Shown: one piece after another, positions 62,083 to 64,000 of the stretch | Position numbering within the stretch: the stretch's first letter is position 1 | Layout of the letters: each line of letters starts with the position of its first letter | NCBI GenBank assembly: GCA_964500725.1 | Contig: CAZCNP010000002.1 | Span: 133,347 to 197,346, forward strand | From: an uncultured Gammaproteobacteria bacterium | GTDB lineage: Bacteria > Patescibacteriota > Microgenomatia > Daviesbacterales > UBA10151 | Direction: 5' to 3' | DNA: 64,000 nt | Notes under the pieces: generated by a model | What the model was told of the DNA's origin: nothing | The model's database searches: none | What the model saw: the letters and a program-made list of their open reading frames with translations, nothing else | Program-made: the position numbers and the translations under genes

Positions 62083-62988
62083 ATGAAAAATATATTAACG
62101 GGGATTAGTCTGATTATTCATTCTAAAAACGAAGAAAGAAATATCAAAAACTGCATTTTATCAGTAAACCAGTTAGCAGAAGAGGTAATAGTTATAGATA
62201 TGTCGAGCAGCGATAAAACTGTCAAAATAGCAGAGTCTCTGGGAGCAAGAGTAATAAATATTCCTGATAAAGGCTTTGTTGATAATTATAGAAACTGGGG
62301 ATTTTCTAAAACTAATAAACCATGGATAATTTCTATTGATGCAGATGAAAGATTAACACAAAATCTGATAAAAATATTCAAAAGAGTGGTTGAGGAGGAT
62401 CAGTATGATGTTGTTGTTGCGCCTAGAAAAAATATCCGTTTTAATAAATGGATAAAACACGGGGGTTTTTGGCCAGACGCACAGCCGATAATATGGAAAA
62501 AAGGTTTTCTAACTTGGCCAAAAAATATCAAGCAAGCCCATATTTTACCATTAGTTAAGGGAAGGGTATTAACGCTTGAGCCTAAGGAGGAGAACGCTTT
62601 GATTCATTACAACTGCGAGAACTTGAAGCATTTCTTTTTAAAATTTGTAAGCTATGCTACCGCAGAAGGAAACGGGGGATTTTTTAACCAGAGAAATATT
62701 ACATTTCAACATCTTGTCAATTATTGTGAAGGCGAATTTAGGTACCGCTACTTTGATGAAAAGGGATATTTAGATGGGATGCATGGCTTTGTATTTGCTA
62801 AGTTTAGGGAATTTTACAAGTTTGTTGAGTTTGTTAATTGGTGGGAGAAAGAAGGTTATCCTGAAATATTCAAACAGGATGATATTTTAGGAAATATATT
62901 AAAAAGAGGGGAGTCAGAAGAGTTTCGTTCTTCAAAGTTCTTTACTGCATGGAGGATTTTTAATGGGATTAAGAAATTTGGCAGCTGA
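62083..62988 (+). CDS. GT2 glycosyltransferase (WaaE/KdtX-like)
   Basis: KNEERNI, IDMSSSDKT, IDADE, GYLDGMHG. Confidence 0.88.
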   Translation: MKNILTGISLIIHSKNEERNIKNCILSVNQLAEEVIVIDMSSSDKTVKIAESLGARVINIPDKGFVDNYRNWGFSKTNKPWIISIDADERLTQNLIKIFKRVVEEDQYDVVVAPRKNIRFNKWIKHGGFWPDAQPIIWKKGFLTWPKNIKQAHILPLVKGRVLTLEPKEENALIHYNCENLKHFFLKFVSYATAEGNGGFFNQRNITFQHLVNYCEGEFRYRYFDEKGYLDGMHGFVFAKFREFYKFVEFVNWWEKEGYPEIFKQDDILGNILKRGESEEFRSSKFFTAWRIFNGIKKFGS

Positions 62989-63937
62989 TTCTACTTAATA
63001 TCTTAACAACCCTAAGACCTAAATTACCATCGTTATAAGGAATTTTATTATATAAAACAGCATTAATAAATGAATTGATTATTTCAAGAAGAGATTCGGT
63101 ATTCTCCATTTTCGGGGTCATTATTTTACCTGATTTGTATGTTATCCCTTTAGTAATATCAACTTGAGAGTTGAAAACTTGTAATCTTGTACTAGGGTCA
63201 GTATCATCCCATACAAGCATCTTTTTATTTCCTGCAATGGTGATATGCCGGATTTTAACCGGAGAGAGCCAGCTTAGGTATATATTTGCCGTAAAGCCAT
63301 TGCTGTATTTTAAAAATAAGTTTCCTTGCTCGATATATTTGGGTTGATGGAAGATATATGATGATCCTACAGTATAAACCTCTTTCGGTTCCTCTTTATC
63401 TAACAGGTAATCAAGTATGGCAAGGTCATGAGGGGCAAGGTCGACAAATACATTAGTTGATTTATCAATCCTTCCTAAGTTAGACCGTATAGAATTATAG
63501 TAATAAAGTTTACCAAGATTATTACGGTTCATCAACGATTTAATTTTTTTAACAGGCTCAGAAAAGATATATGGATGATCAACACAAAGAACAACTTTTT
63601 TCTCAGCTGCTAGTTTAATCAAATCCTGAGCCTCTTTAACCGTAGAAGTCATTGGTTTTTCAACAAGGACATGTTTGCCGGCAAGTATAAATTCCCGGGA
63701 TACCCTAAAGTGATCTATGGTGGGAACTGCAACTACAACACAGGTTACTTCCTTATCATAAATAATCTTTCTGTAATCAGGAGTAATAGCGATATCGGGA
63801 TAATCAGATTTAGCTTTATTTAAATTGTTCAAAGACAAGTCGCAAACATATTTAACTTCAACTTGAGGATGTTTAGATAAATTCCTAAGAAGGTTTGGTC
63901 CCCAGTAGCCGAATCCTACGAGTGCAACTTTAACCAT
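62969..63937 (-). CDS. Gfo/Idh/MocA oxidoreductase
   Basis: GFGYWGPNLLRN, HVLVEKP, DLAPHD, SWLSP. Confidence 0.9.
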   Translation of the reverse strand: MVKVALVGFGYWGPNLLRNLSKHPQVEVKYVCDLSLNNLNKAKSDYPDIAITPDYRKIIYDKEVTCVVVAVPTIDHFRVSREFILAGKHVLVEKPMTSTVKEAQDLIKLAAEKKVVLCVDHPYIFSEPVKKIKSLMNRNNLGKLYYYNSIRSNLGRIDKSTNVFVDLAPHDLAILDYLLDKEEPKEVYTVGSSYIFHQPKYIEQGNLFLKYSNGFTANIYLSWLSPVKIRHITIAGNKKMLVWDDTDPSTRLQVFNSQVDITKGITYKSGKIMTPKMENTESLLEIINSFINAVLYNKIPYNDGNLGLRVVKILSRISCQIS

Positions 63938-63938
63938 A

Positions 63939-64000
63939 TTATAATTTTTCTGCAATTTCATTTAGTGATTTAACTATGTATTTTATTTCTCCCGAAGTTA
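63939..64000 (-). CDS. C-terminal end of an upstream gene, possibly DegT-family
   Basis: minus frame reads TSGEIKYIVKSLNEIAEKL*, stop 1 nt before the next ATG. Confidence 0.4.
   Translation of the reverse strand, partial: TSGEIKYIVKSLNEIAEKL

Overview
The whole 64 kb is one dense, AT-rich cell-surface glycan biosynthesis locus of about 65 CDS. It has no rRNA, tRNA, CRISPR array or transposase. Many short operons alternate strand, most genes lack Shine-Dalgarno sites, and -10 boxes often sit 6-13 nt before start codons. This style suggests a Patescibacteria/CPR (Microgenomates-like) genome, which is inference only. Recognisable modules: (i) a complete 2-hydroxyethylphosphonate route (cytidylyltransferase-PEP mutase fusion, phosphonopyruvate decarboxylase, Fe-dependent alcohol dehydrogenase) followed by a TagF-family phosphotransferase and divergent from wzm/wzt; (ii) a nonulosonic acid module (NeuB, CMP-synthetase, PtmA/PtmF-like and extra oxidoreductases) with no NeuC/PseG-type hydrolase in the window; (iii) GDP-heptose genes (hddA, gmhA, hddC-gmhB fusion) with tailoring enzymes; (iv) an rfbF-decarboxylase-dehydrogenase-C-methyltransferase operon suggesting a branched NDP-pentose; (v) three sugar C-methyltransferase paralogues, each facing a DUF218/YdcF-like gene; (vi) many GT2s, methyltransferases, three large GT-C-like membrane proteins, Wzx and Wzm/Wzt. 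A ~95 bp multi-hairpin element resembling IS200/IS605 ends lies at 34655-34750. All product calls come from motif recognition, not database searches.
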